In this document: in pieces, positions 1 to 9,224 of the stretch
How the letters are laid out: every line of letters starts with the position of its first letter
Position numbering within the stretch: the first letter of the stretch is position 1
Assembly: GCA_016218065.1 (NCBI GenBank)
Contig: JACRFA010000033.1
Coordinates: 1-60,947 of the forward strand
DNA length: 60,947 nt
Source of the DNA: Ignavibacteriota bacterium
GTDB taxonomy: Bacteria > Bacteroidota > Ignavibacteria > UBA10030 > UBA6906
Direction of reading: 5' to 3'
Notes under the pieces: generated by a model
Database searches by the model: none
What the model was told of the DNA's origin: nothing
Seen by the model: only the letters and a program-made list of their open reading frames with translations
Position numbers and translations under genes: made by a program

Positions 1-1
1 T

Positions 2-1150
2 CAGGTGCTCGATATTACTGCTGCACGCAACGAAGGCCTGTTCGAGGGAAACGCCGAAGTAGCAGCCGAAGCATGCGCTGATCGCACGCTCAATCGGTTT
101 CTCTCACTTGAAAAGACTCACTGGTCGGACTTCCGCAAGCGACTGAGTTTCCTTCTCTCCGACGCATCCGAGCGCGCAAAAGTCGAGCGATGTCTTGTGC
201 CGATTGAAGAAGTTGAGATGCAGCTCCCGGTCGCAATCGGAGACTACTCTGACTTCTATGCGTCCATCTATCACGCGACGAATGTGGGAAGCATGTTTCG
301 TCCCGACAATCCACTTCTCCCAAACTACAAACACGTTCCCATCGGGTATCATGGTCGCGCATCGTCCATTGTCGTGAGCGGCACAAATATCAAGCGGCCT
401 GATGGGCAGACGAAAACCGACGCAGCCGATACGCCAACGTTTGGTCCGAGTGCGCAGCTTGACTATGAGTTGGAAGTTGGATTCTTCGTGGGACCGGGAA
501 ATGAAATAGGGAAACCAATTCCCATCAACGAGGCCGAGGATCACATCTTCGGACTCTGCCTCGTGAACGATTGGTCGGCGCGAGACATTCAGAAATGGGA
601 GTATCAACCGCTCGGACCCTTTCTCTCGAAGAGTTTCGCGACAACCATCTCGCCCTGGATTGTGACGCTCGAAGCGCTCGAGCCATTTCGTTGCCCCGCG
701 TTCAATCGCTCAGCGAACGATCCGCCATCGTTGCCGTATCTGACTTCACAAACACACTCATCGTTCGGCGGCGTGGATCTCAAGCTCGACGTTTTCATCA
801 CAACGCAAGATATGCGTGAGCGAAAGATCGAACCGATGCTCGTCAGCAGCGGAACGTTCGCCGACATGTACTGGACGATAGGTCAAATGCTGACGCATCA
901 CACGAGCAACGGCTGCAACTTGCGTCCGGGAGATTTGCTGGCAAGCGGAACGGTGAGCGGGCCAACAAAAGAATCGCGCGGCTGCCTGCTGGAACGAACC
1001 TGGCGCGGCTCTGAGCCTCTGCAATTGCCGAGCGGCGAGATTCGGAAGTTTTTGGAGAACGGCGACGAGGTTGTTATTCGAGGATTCTGCAGCCGGGAAG
1101 GGTACGTGCAGATCGGTTTTGGGGAATGCCGCGGAAGAGTCAGTGGTTAA
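2..1150 (+). CDS. fahA: fumarylacetoacetase (fumarylacetoacetate hydrolase), 5' end cut by the window edge
   Basis: The translation carries FAH-family blocks (IGDYSDFYASIYHATNVGSMFR, PIGYHGRASSIVVSG, DYELEVGFFVG, FGLCLVNDWSARDIQ). The alignment to eukaryotic FAH starts about 40 residues in, so the N-terminus lies upstream of the window. Confidence 0.88.
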   Translation, partial: QVLDITAARNEGLFEGNAEVAAEACADRTLNRFLSLEKTHWSDFRKRLSFLLSDASERAKVERCLVPIEEVEMQLPVAIGDYSDFYASIYHATNVGSMFRPDNPLLPNYKHVPIGYHGRASSIVVSGTNIKRPDGQTKTDAADTPTFGPSAQLDYELEVGFFVGPGNEIGKPIPINEAEDHIFGLCLVNDWSARDIQKWEYQPLGPFLSKSFATTISPWIVTLEALEPFRCPAFNRSANDPPSLPYLTSQTHSSFGGVDLKLDVFITTQDMRERKIEPMLVSSGTFADMYWTIGQMLTHHTSNGCNLRPGDLLASGTVSGPTKESRGCLLERTWRGSEPLQLPSGEIRKFLENGDEVVIRGFCSREGYVQIGFGECRGRVSG

Positions 1151-1394
1151 CGAATCACTGTCACGCAAACAAAATTGTTGTTTCTGAATGTTGCGCTTCC
1201 TATCTTTGGGCGCAGGTTTTGAAGGTCGGGCCTGCCAGTTCCGAGCCAGTTCTGTGAGAATCCCTACCGTTCTTTATTTTCATCACACGTAGAACTTTTC
1301 CGGACCCTTCAGTTTCCGGAACTCATGCTCGCTGCCTGTCATTCTGCCGGAGTTTTTTCCACTTAATTCACTCTTTCACATTCTTGGAGTAGTT

Positions 1395-2609
1395 ATGAAC
1401 AAAACGATACACTCTCTTGTCGTGTTTTTTGTTTGTTCAGTGATGACTTCCGCGGTATTCGCGAGCGGATTTCAATTGAATGAACATGGCGCTCGCGCGA
1501 TGGCTCAGGGGGGGGCATTCGCTGCACGCGCAACCGATGGCTCGGCGATCTTCTTCAATCCCGCGGGCTTGGCTTTTCAGACGCGGCCTTCATTGTATGC
1601 AGGTACAACACTGATCTCGCCTGTATCGGAGTTCTACGGACCAACGCAGCTCAACACAAATCAGAAGTCCGAGCTTCAGAGTCAGCTCTTCACGCCGATC
1701 AACATTTATTTCTCGTATCCGATCATGGAAGGATTGACAGCTGCTGTTGGCGTAAATAATCCATTCGGCCTCGGAACGAAGTGGAACGAAAACTGGGCGG
1801 GCAAATATCTTACGACGAAAGTGTATCTGGAGACGTTCTTCATCTCGCCGACACTTGCATACCAGATCACGGATCAACTTGCGATTGGTGCTGGCGTCAA
1901 CTATGTAACCGGCAGTGTGCTCATCGAACGCGCGGTGTTCACCGGCGCAGGCGATCCGCGTGTCAGTCTTGACTTGAGTGCGAGCGGTTGGGGCTTCAAC
2001 GTCGGCGCGATGTATAAGATCACTCCTGAGCTGTCAATCGGCGCATCGTATCGCAGCACGGTGAAAGTCGATGCAAAAGGGACGGCAAAATTCACTCCCG
2101 CGCTGAGCGTCCTTCCCGCCGGAGACGCGACAACGAAGATCAAACTTCCGGCGGTAGCATTTGTCGGCCTTGCATACAAGGTATCCGAAGAGCTGGAGCT
2201 GGAAGCAGACTACCAGTACAATGGTTGGTCATCCTACGATGAGCTTGCGATCGAATTCAAATCGAACAACTCCAAGAGTGTTGCCCCGAAAAATTATCAA
2301 GACTCATTCATCCTTCGGTTCGGTGGAGAGTATAAGTTGGATGCGCTTCGATTGCGCGCAGGTTATCTGTACGACAAGTCGCCGGTCAAGGATCAATTTG
2401 TCGAGCCGATGTTGCCTGATGCAAATCGGAACGGCATCAATGTTGGATTCGGATACAATTTCAATGAGAACTTCAGTCTGGACTTCGCGTACCTGCTCTT
2501 ATTGTTCAACGAACGGAAGGTTGAGAGTACGATTCCCGAAATCAACTTCGACGGAACGTACAAGAGCTACGTGAATCTCTTTGCCATCGACTTTGGCTAT
2601 ACATTCTAG
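1395..2609 (+). CDS. outer-membrane transport protein, OmpP1/FadL/TodX family
   Basis: Signal peptide, then the conserved FadL N-terminal hatch (SGFQLNEHGARAMAQGGAFAARA..SAIFFNPAGLA). The sequence has beta-strand periodicity and ends in a C-terminal aromatic (GYTF). Confidence 0.85.
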   Translation: MNKTIHSLVVFFVCSVMTSAVFASGFQLNEHGARAMAQGGAFAARATDGSAIFFNPAGLAFQTRPSLYAGTTLISPVSEFYGPTQLNTNQKSELQSQLFTPINIYFSYPIMEGLTAAVGVNNPFGLGTKWNENWAGKYLTTKVYLETFFISPTLAYQITDQLAIGAGVNYVTGSVLIERAVFTGAGDPRVSLDLSASGWGFNVGAMYKITPELSIGASYRSTVKVDAKGTAKFTPALSVLPAGDATTKIKLPAVAFVGLAYKVSEELELEADYQYNGWSSYDELAIEFKSNNSKSVAPKNYQDSFILRFGGEYKLDALRLRAGYLYDKSPVKDQFVEPMLPDANRNGINVGFGYNFNENFSLDFAYLLLLFNERKVESTIPEINFDGTYKSYVNLFAIDFGYTF

Positions 2610-2626
2610 AAGGGAGAAAGAAAACC

Positions 2627-4108
2627 ATGAAGAACCTATCATTAAGGAATTCGACCATGAAGGCTTTGACCATTGGTGTCGCCCTTCTCACCGCAGCAAT
2701 CATCGTTACGATGGGCGGCTGCACGATTTCAACTCCGAACGGCCCCGCATCGAACCTGGGGAGCCAAACAGTAACGCGGTACGTTGCCATCGGGAACAGC
2801 TTAACGGCAGGCTATCAATCAAACGCGCTCTATGCGTCGGCTCAGGATTTCAGTTTTCCGAATCTGATTGCACGACAGTTGCGCCTTGCTGGAGCAACGA
2901 TTCCGAATTTTGAGCAACCGCTCTACGGCGACCCTGGGAATGCCGATCCCACGACCGGGAAGGCTGCGCGCTATGAATTGATTTCGCTCGTGGGCCCGGT
3001 TATCGGTCCCCGCGGCTTGACCGCAGGCGCTCCGCTCAATACCGGACTCACGCGTCAGTACGACAATCTCGGAATTCCCGGAGCAGTGATTTTTGATTTC
3101 CTCGATACCACAAGCTTCACGATCAAGGCTGGCCCGCCGCGCAACAATGCGTTCTTCTCGCTTGTGCTTCGGCAGTCGGCGCTTGGGAAGACAATTCTCG
3201 CGCAAGCGCGTGCGCTGCGCCCCGATCTCGTCACGTTCTGGCTTGGCAATAATGACGTGCTCGGCTATGCAACGAGCGGCGGCGTATCACCATCAGCGCC
3301 TACTTCGGCGGCGATTTTTGCGGCCTTGTACGCCCAGGCGTTCGATTCGCTGCGTGCATCATTGCCTAATGCAAAGATCGTCGTTGCCAACATCCCCAAC
3401 GTAACGGCGATCCCATTCTTCAATACATTAGGGCCCAAAGTGAAGCCGCTGATTCCCCCGGGTGTTTACCTTCGCTATCAGAAGCACGGCAACACGAGTC
3501 TTGCATTCGATTCGACTCGCTTCACGGAAGCCAACGCTCCACTGCTGACACTTACGGGCAGCGCGTATGCAACCTTGCTCGGCGCCAACACAGGCAAATG
3601 GTATCGCGACAAGGGAATTCTCCCGCCACCTGCCGGCATCGACACAACTAAGCCATTCGGTTTCCATCCGCAAAATCCGTGGCCGGATGCGCTGACGCTT
3701 GACGCCGATGAACAGGTTGTTGCAGGTGCCGCGGTGAACGCGTTCAACGGCACCATTGCAACTCTTGCAGCAGCAAAGGGCGCAGCTCTTGTTGATATGA
3801 ATGCATTCTTCACTAGCGTGAAGGCGAACGGGTATTCCTCGGGCGGCCAGAAATTCACAGCGGACTACATCACCGGCGGTTTGTTCAGTCTTGATGGCGT
3901 TCATCCCAGCTCGAAAGGCGGCGGGGTTGTTGCAAACCAGTTCATTAAAGTCATGAACGCAACCTGGGCGATGAGCATTCCGATGGTTGACATTTCGTCG
4001 ATTCCGTCGATTCCCGTGCCGTTCGGGAAAATTTCAGGCAACGGCATTCCCGCCATCCCGGCGAGTTCATTCAAAGATTTCGATTGGCTCTGGGGACAGA
4101 GTAACTAA
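2627..4108 (+). CDS. SGNH/GDSL-family hydrolase lipoprotein
   Basis: The N-terminus has a hydrophobic segment ending in MGGC (lipobox-like). SGNH blocks are present: AIGNSLTAGY (I), GNNDVLGY (III) and DGVHPS (V). It starts 17 nt downstream of the FadL-like gene. Confidence 0.75.
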   Translation: MKNLSLRNSTMKALTIGVALLTAAIIVTMGGCTISTPNGPASNLGSQTVTRYVAIGNSLTAGYQSNALYASAQDFSFPNLIARQLRLAGATIPNFEQPLYGDPGNADPTTGKAARYELISLVGPVIGPRGLTAGAPLNTGLTRQYDNLGIPGAVIFDFLDTTSFTIKAGPPRNNAFFSLVLRQSALGKTILAQARALRPDLVTFWLGNNDVLGYATSGGVSPSAPTSAAIFAALYAQAFDSLRASLPNAKIVVANIPNVTAIPFFNTLGPKVKPLIPPGVYLRYQKHGNTSLAFDSTRFTEANAPLLTLTGSAYATLLGANTGKWYRDKGILPPPAGIDTTKPFGFHPQNPWPDALTLDADEQVVAGAAVNAFNGTIATLAAAKGAALVDMNAFFTSVKANGYSSGGQKFTADYITGGLFSLDGVHPSSKGGGVVANQFIKVMNATWAMSIPMVDISSIPSIPVPFGKISGNGIPAIPASSFKDFDWLWGQSN

Positions 4109-4128
4109 TCTGCCACTGATCTATACTC

Positions 4129-4170
4129 CTTCACCCCGACAGTTGCGAGATTGTCGGGGTGAAGTGTTTA
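4129..4170 (+). terminator. Rho-independent-type terminator hairpin after the SGNH gene
   Basis: A 13-bp perfect stem (cttcaccccgaca / tgtcggggtgaag) is followed by tgttta. It lies about 20 nt after the stop codon. Confidence 0.6.
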
Positions 4171-4256
4171 TGGAGTGAAGCCAAACGTTGAGTGCGTACC
4201 TGAGTTTTTTTATATTGACACGTCATTTTTCGACCACAAGCGGATAACAAACAACA

Positions 4257-5459
4257 ATGCTCAAAGCGCTTCTTCTCGAAAACATCCACCCCAACGCAAT
4301 CAAGCTGTTGCGTGATCACTCAGTAGAGCTTGAGTGTCTCAAAGAAGGCCTCACCGAGAACGACCTGATTGCGCGTCTCGACGGCGTTGATATTCTCGGA
4401 ATTCGTTCGCGCACACATGTTACTCAGCGCGTACTCGAGCGCTCCGATCACTTGCTTGCAATTGGCGCGTACTGCATCGGAACGAATCAGATCGATCTGG
4501 ACGCGGCCTCGCTGAAGGGAATTGCCGCGTTCAACGCGCCATACAGCAACACGCGCAGCGTTGCCGAGCTTGTCATTGCTGAGACGATTTTTCTACTTCG
4601 TCGGCTGTACGACAAGATTCTGAATGCGCATCAGGGCATCTGGGACAAATCCGCGGAGAATGCTCGCGAAGTGCGCGGGAAGAAGCTGGGCATTATCGGC
4701 TATGGCAACATCGGCTCGCAGGTCTCGATGCTTGCTGAGAGCATGGGCATGGACGTGTATTACTACGACGTTGTCGATAAACTGACGATCGGAAACGCTA
4801 CGCGCACTCGCACGCTCCATGAGCTTCTCGCCGTCGCCGAAGTTGTCACGATTCACGTTGATGGCAATTCCAGCAACACGAATCTCATTGACGAGCGGGA
4901 GTTCACGGTCATGAAGGACGGCGTACTTTTGCTGAATCTCAGTCGGGGACACGTTGTGAATCTGGAAGCGCTGCGCAAGAATCTTGAGAGTGGAAAAATT
5001 GCCGGAGCGGCGCTCGATGTTTTCCCTGTCGAGCCGAAAGACGCAAATGAACGCTTTGTCACGCCATTGCAGAATTATCCGAATGTGTTGCTTACGCCGC
5101 ATATCGGAGGGAGTACGGAAGAGGCGCAGGAGAACATTGCCGAGTTCGTAACATTAAAACTTCTGGAGTACATCAGAACCGGCAACACATTCACGAGCGT
5201 GAACTTTCCCAAAATCAACGCGCCAAAATCCGACGATGCGCTGTCGCATCGCTTGATGCATGTTCATCAGAATGTGCCGGGCGTCCTCTCGCAGATCAAC
5301 GGCATCTTCGCGAAGAATAATGTCAACGTCCTCACCCAATACTTGCGGACGAATGAGCTGATTGGATATGTGATTGCAGATGTCGATCGTGAGTACAAGG
5401 ATTCGCTGTTCGACGACTTGAAACACGTCGGCCACACAATCAAAGTGAGAATCGTGTGA
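4257..5459 (+). CDS. serA: D-3-phosphoglycerate dehydrogenase with a C-terminal ACT domain
   Basis: Rossmann motif GIIGYGNIGSQV, 2-hydroxyacid dehydrogenase catalytic blocks (LSRG..V, TPHIGGST) and an ACT-like tail (HRLMHVHQNVPGVLSQINGIFA). At 400 aa it is close to E. coli-type SerA in length. Confidence 0.88.
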   Translation: MLKALLLENIHPNAIKLLRDHSVELECLKEGLTENDLIARLDGVDILGIRSRTHVTQRVLERSDHLLAIGAYCIGTNQIDLDAASLKGIAAFNAPYSNTRSVAELVIAETIFLLRRLYDKILNAHQGIWDKSAENAREVRGKKLGIIGYGNIGSQVSMLAESMGMDVYYYDVVDKLTIGNATRTRTLHELLAVAEVVTIHVDGNSSNTNLIDEREFTVMKDGVLLLNLSRGHVVNLEALRKNLESGKIAGAALDVFPVEPKDANERFVTPLQNYPNVLLTPHIGGSTEEAQENIAEFVTLKLLEYIRTGNTFTSVNFPKINAPKSDDALSHRLMHVHQNVPGVLSQINGIFAKNNVNVLTQYLRTNELIGYVIADVDREYKDSLFDDLKHVGHTIKVRIV

Positions 5460-5462
5460 GGC

Positions 5463-5494
5463 ATTGCACCATTGCACGATTGCATCATTGCACC
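5463..5494. repeat. four tandem copies of an 8-nt unit (ATTGCAYN)
   Basis: Read directly as attgcacc attgcacg attgcatc attgcacc, immediately after the serA stop codon. Confidence 0.8.
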
Positions 5495-5738
5495 TCGAAG
5501 CAAACTTGGGTGAGACAAACCTGCCTGTCGGTAGGGAGGGGGCGACCGCCTTTGCACCGATGTAAACTGTTTCGCATCGCGGCATCATCCGTCGTGTTGA
5601 CGGGGAACACCCGCCGGAAGCCCCATACTCACATCGCGCTGCACACTAACAGTGATTTTGCAGGTGCATCGTATTTTGTTATATTGACACACCGCTCTCA
5701 CATCGTTCGTCCCTATTTCTGATTGAGAATTGTAAAGC

Positions 5739-7412
5739 ATGAGTGACAACAAGATCATTTTCTCCATGGCTGGAGTTGGGAAGGTCGTCAAGCCCAACAG
5801 ACAAATTCTGAAGGATATTTACCTGTCGTTTTTCTACGGCGCAAAGATCGGAGTTCTTGGACTCAATGGCGCCGGGAAGAGTACGCTGCTGAAACTGATC
5901 GCAGGCGTCGATACTGATTATCTCGGATCGATCACTGCGCAAAAAGGAATTACGTTTGGCTATCTGCCGCAAGAGCCGCAGCTTGATGCGACAAAGACAG
6001 TGAAGGAAATTGCCGAAGAGGGCGTTGCCGATACTGTGAAGCTGCTGAAGGAGTTTGAAGAGATCAGCGCAAAGTTTTCCGAGCCTGATGCAGACTATGA
6101 CGCGCTGTTGGAGAAGCAGGGGAAGCTCCAGGAAAAAATTGATCATCTCAACGCGTGGGATCTTGATAGCAAACTCGAACAGGCGATGGATGCATTGCGT
6201 TGCCCGCCCGGCGATACGTCCGTCTCGGTCTTGTCCGGCGGCGAGCGTCGTCGCGTTGCGCTGTGCAGATTGCTCTTGCAGGCGCCGGATGTGCTTCTGC
6301 TCGACGAGCCGACTAACCACCTCGACGCCGAATCGGTTGGCTGGCTTGAACAACATCTCGCCCAGTATGAAGGCACTGTCCTCGCGGTAACGCACGATCG
6401 TTATTTTCTCGATAACGTTGCAGGCTGGATTCTGGAACTGGATCGCGGCGAAGGAATTCCGTTCGAGGGAAATTACTCTTCCTGGCTTGATCAAAAGCGT
6501 CAACGGCTCGCGGTGGAGGAGAAGCAGGAATCGAAACGCCAGAAAGCATTGGCGGAAGAGTTGGAATGGGTGCGCATGAACCCCAAGGGACGTCATGCAA
6601 AAAGCAAAGCTCGCATCGCGGCATACGAGAAGATGCTTGCCGAGCAAAAAGACAAGCGCGATGAGGAGATCGAGATTTACGTTCCTCCGGGACCGCGGCT
6701 CGGCGATGTTGTCATTGAAGCGCAGAATGTCTCCAAGGCGTACGGCGACAATCTGCTCTACGAAGAGATGAGCTTCATGCTGCCGCCGGGAGGCATCATC
6801 GGCATTATCGGACCGAACGGCGCGGGGAAGACGACGCTGTTCAAGATGATCATCGGAGAGGAGAAGCCCGACGCGGGCACATTCAAAATCGGCGACACGG
6901 TAAAGTTGGGCTACGTCGATCAGAGCCGACCGCTCGATCCGGAGAAATCGATCTGGGAGGAAATCTCCAGCGGCGAAGATCTGATTCTGTTGGGGAACCG
7001 CGAAGTGAACTCTCGCTCCTACGTGGCCCGATTCAATTTCAGCGGAACCGATCAGCAGAAGAAAGTCGGCATTCTCTCCGGCGGCGAACGGAATCGCGTT
7101 CATCTCGCCAAAGTGCTGAAGTCGGGAGCGAATGTGTTGCTGCTTGATGAGCCAACGAACGACCTGGACGTGAATACGCTGCGCGCTCTTGAGGAGGCGC
7201 TCCAAAATTTTGCCGGATGCGCGGTCGTGATCTCGCATGATCGATGGTTTCTTGATCGCGTCTCGACGCATATTCTCGCGTTTGAAGGAGACAGCAAAGC
7301 GATCTGGTACGACGGCAACTATTCCGAGTACGAAGCCGACAGGAAAAAGCGGTTGGGCATCGAGGCGGATCGTCCGCATCGCATCAAATACAAGAAGCTC
7401 ATGCGGGCATAG
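5739..7412 (+). CDS. ettA: ABC-F energy-dependent translational throttle protein EttA
   Basis: Two ABC cassettes (GLNGAGKST / LSGGERRR; GPNGAGKTT / LSGGERNR), no TM domain, 557 aa, and an N-terminus (MSDNKIIFSMAGVGKVV) typical of EttA. Confidence 0.9.
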   Translation: MSDNKIIFSMAGVGKVVKPNRQILKDIYLSFFYGAKIGVLGLNGAGKSTLLKLIAGVDTDYLGSITAQKGITFGYLPQEPQLDATKTVKEIAEEGVADTVKLLKEFEEISAKFSEPDADYDALLEKQGKLQEKIDHLNAWDLDSKLEQAMDALRCPPGDTSVSVLSGGERRRVALCRLLLQAPDVLLLDEPTNHLDAESVGWLEQHLAQYEGTVLAVTHDRYFLDNVAGWILELDRGEGIPFEGNYSSWLDQKRQRLAVEEKQESKRQKALAEELEWVRMNPKGRHAKSKARIAAYEKMLAEQKDKRDEEIEIYVPPGPRLGDVVIEAQNVSKAYGDNLLYEEMSFMLPPGGIIGIIGPNGAGKTTLFKMIIGEEKPDAGTFKIGDTVKLGYVDQSRPLDPEKSIWEEISSGEDLILLGNREVNSRSYVARFNFSGTDQQKKVGILSGGERNRVHLAKVLKSGANVLLLDEPTNDLDVNTLRALEEALQNFAGCAVVISHDRWFLDRVSTHILAFEGDSKAIWYDGNYSEYEADRKKRLGIEADRPHRIKYKKLMRA

Positions 7413-7415
7413 CGG

Positions 7416-8081
7416 ATGCCTCTACACATACAGGCAGTCATCTTCGATCTCGATGGCCTCATGCTCGACACGGAACGCATTGCTGCGAATGCGTGGGTGC
7501 GCGTCGGAGAAGAATTCGGCATCCCGATTTCCGAGACGATCGTGCTCGACATGATCGGCAGAACGGGCCCCGACTCGGACGGCATTCTCATGCGAGAGTT
7601 CGGTCCCGACTTTCCTCTGCAGACGATCAAGCAGCGACGGGTGGAGCTGACCGACAATCACTTCACGGCAATCGGCATTCCGGTGAAGGCAGGCTTGTTG
7701 CCTCTACTGGATTATCTGGACGGCAGAAGTATCCGCAAAGCAGTTGCAACATCATCCACCCGCGAACGCGCATGGATGAAGCTTTCGCGCGGCGGACTTG
7801 CCGATCGCTTTCCTGTTGTCGTATCGAGTGATGATATTGCGCGAGGAAAACCACAGCCGGATATTTACCTGCACACCTCGCATCTGCTCAATGTGCCGCC
7901 TGAGAATTGTCTGGTGTTCGAAGATTCAGACGCCGGGGTTCGTGCTGCCGCGAGCGCGGGCATGCACGTGATCATCATTCCGGATTTGAAACAGCCATCT
8001 CCCGATGTCGTGCCGCTGGCGCTGCGTGTCGAGTCATCGCTGACGCAAGCGCTGGAGTACTTGGCGGAGCTGACCGGGTAG
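7416..8081 (+). CDS. HAD-superfamily hydrolase (subfamily IA, beta-phosphoglucomutase/phosphatase-like)
   Basis: All four HAD motifs are intact: VIFDLDGLMLDTE (I), ATSS (II), RGKPQPD (III) and FEDSDAG (IV). Confidence 0.85.
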   Translation: MPLHIQAVIFDLDGLMLDTERIAANAWVRVGEEFGIPISETIVLDMIGRTGPDSDGILMREFGPDFPLQTIKQRRVELTDNHFTAIGIPVKAGLLPLLDYLDGRSIRKAVATSSTRERAWMKLSRGGLADRFPVVVSSDDIARGKPQPDIYLHTSHLLNVPPENCLVFEDSDAGVRAAASAGMHVIIIPDLKQPSPDVVPLALRVESSLTQALEYLAELTG

Positions 8082-8107
8082 TCATTCATCAACAAATCTA
8101 CATTCAC

Positions 8108-8824
8108 ATGCCGCGACGCAATTTCTACAAGGCCGTGATCTTCAATATCGAAGGTCTGGTGCCGGAGGCGGAGCGGATAACCTGTGATGCGTGGAAACGC
8201 GCAAGTGGGGGGCTGGGATATCCGATGCAGGAGGTCGTTGCTCGAACGGCGGCGGGACTTCTACCCGCAGACGCTCGACGCTTTTTGAAGAATTTCTTTG
8301 GGCCGGAGTTTCCGTTCGAGCAGGTGTACGTGCGGATGACGATTGTCCGGGATGCGTATATTCGCAACTGGACTATTGCAGTTGCTCGCGGAGCGCGGGG
8401 TGTGCTTGCCGCATTGAGAGCTTTGCAAATCCCGAAAGCGATCGCGTCGTGGAGCGACGCACAGGCAACAGAGATGTTGCTCGGCAGGACGGATTTGTTT
8501 CAGCATTTTGAGGCGGTGGTGAGTCGCGACGATCTCACGTTCGGCGGAGGGTGGGAAGACATGTACACCATCGCGGCGCTGCGGCTCGGCGTGGCGAATG
8601 AGCAGTGCCTCGTCGTGGAGAAATCTGATTCCGGCGTTCGCTCGGCGCACTCTGCCGGCATGACGGTTATGATGTTGGCCGATGCAAGAACGCCGACGGA
8701 GCCGTTCCCGCACGCATACTATGCCGGCAAATCTGTAACAGGCGTTGCGCGAGATATGATTCCGTTACTCGACACACAACGCTCAACCGGTCTGATTCCG
8801 CGTTCTCAGTTTGCGCTTCCTTAA
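8108..8824 (+). CDS. HAD-like paralogue with degenerate catalytic motifs (probable pseudoenzyme)
   Basis: Collinear with the upstream HAD gene but motif I is VIFNIEG, motif II is ASWS, motif III is FGGGWED (no Lys) and motif IV is VEKSDSG. I chose the ATG at 8108; the ORF-track start at 7907 overlaps the previous gene. Confidence 0.65.
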   Translation: MPRRNFYKAVIFNIEGLVPEAERITCDAWKRASGGLGYPMQEVVARTAAGLLPADARRFLKNFFGPEFPFEQVYVRMTIVRDAYIRNWTIAVARGARGVLAALRALQIPKAIASWSDAQATEMLLGRTDLFQHFEAVVSRDDLTFGGGWEDMYTIAALRLGVANEQCLVVEKSDSGVRSAHSAGMTVMMLADARTPTEPFPHAYYAGKSVTGVARDMIPLLDTQRSTGLIPRSQFALP

Positions 8825-8835
8825 GTGGAGTTGCT

Positions 8836-9210
8836 ATGCCATCAACAACAATTCTCTTCGGCGTTGCCCTGATCATTATTGGGCTTGTGGGATTTTTTGG
8901 AACAGGACAGTCAAGCCCGACGGCACTCATCCCGGCGGCGTTTGGCTTTCTACTCGTCGCGCTGGGAATGATCGCTCGAAACGAGAAGCTGCGGAAGCAC
9001 GCAATGCACGCGGCTGCTGTTGTCGGATTGCTCGGCTTCCTCGGGTCTGCATCCGGACTCTGGCAAATGTTGAAGATGATGATGGGGGAAGACATCGAGC
9101 GTCCTGAGGCGGCAATTGCCCGTTCCGTGATGGCGATCGTGTGTTTGATTTTTGTAGGATTGACCGTGCGGTCGTTCGTCGCCGCCCGCCTGACGAAAAA
9201 GAACGCGTAA
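8836..9210 (+). CDS. small integral membrane protein (about 4 TM), function unknown
   Basis: Four hydrophobic stretches in 124 aa. It starts 11 nt after the preceding gene. Confidence 0.55.
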   Translation: MPSTTILFGVALIIIGLVGFFGTGQSSPTALIPAAFGFLLVALGMIARNEKLRKHAMHAAAVVGLLGFLGSASGLWQMLKMMMGEDIERPEAAIARSVMAIVCLIFVGLTVRSFVAARLTKKNA

Positions 9211-9224
9211 CGTGCGCTGCTGCC

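Noticed and set aside
5679-7379. 566-aa ORF on the minus strand.
   Set aside because: It is fully antisense to ettA, whose ABC-F motifs are unambiguous. The translation is Arg/Leu-rich and low-complexity with no recognisable motifs, so it is a typical shadow ORF.
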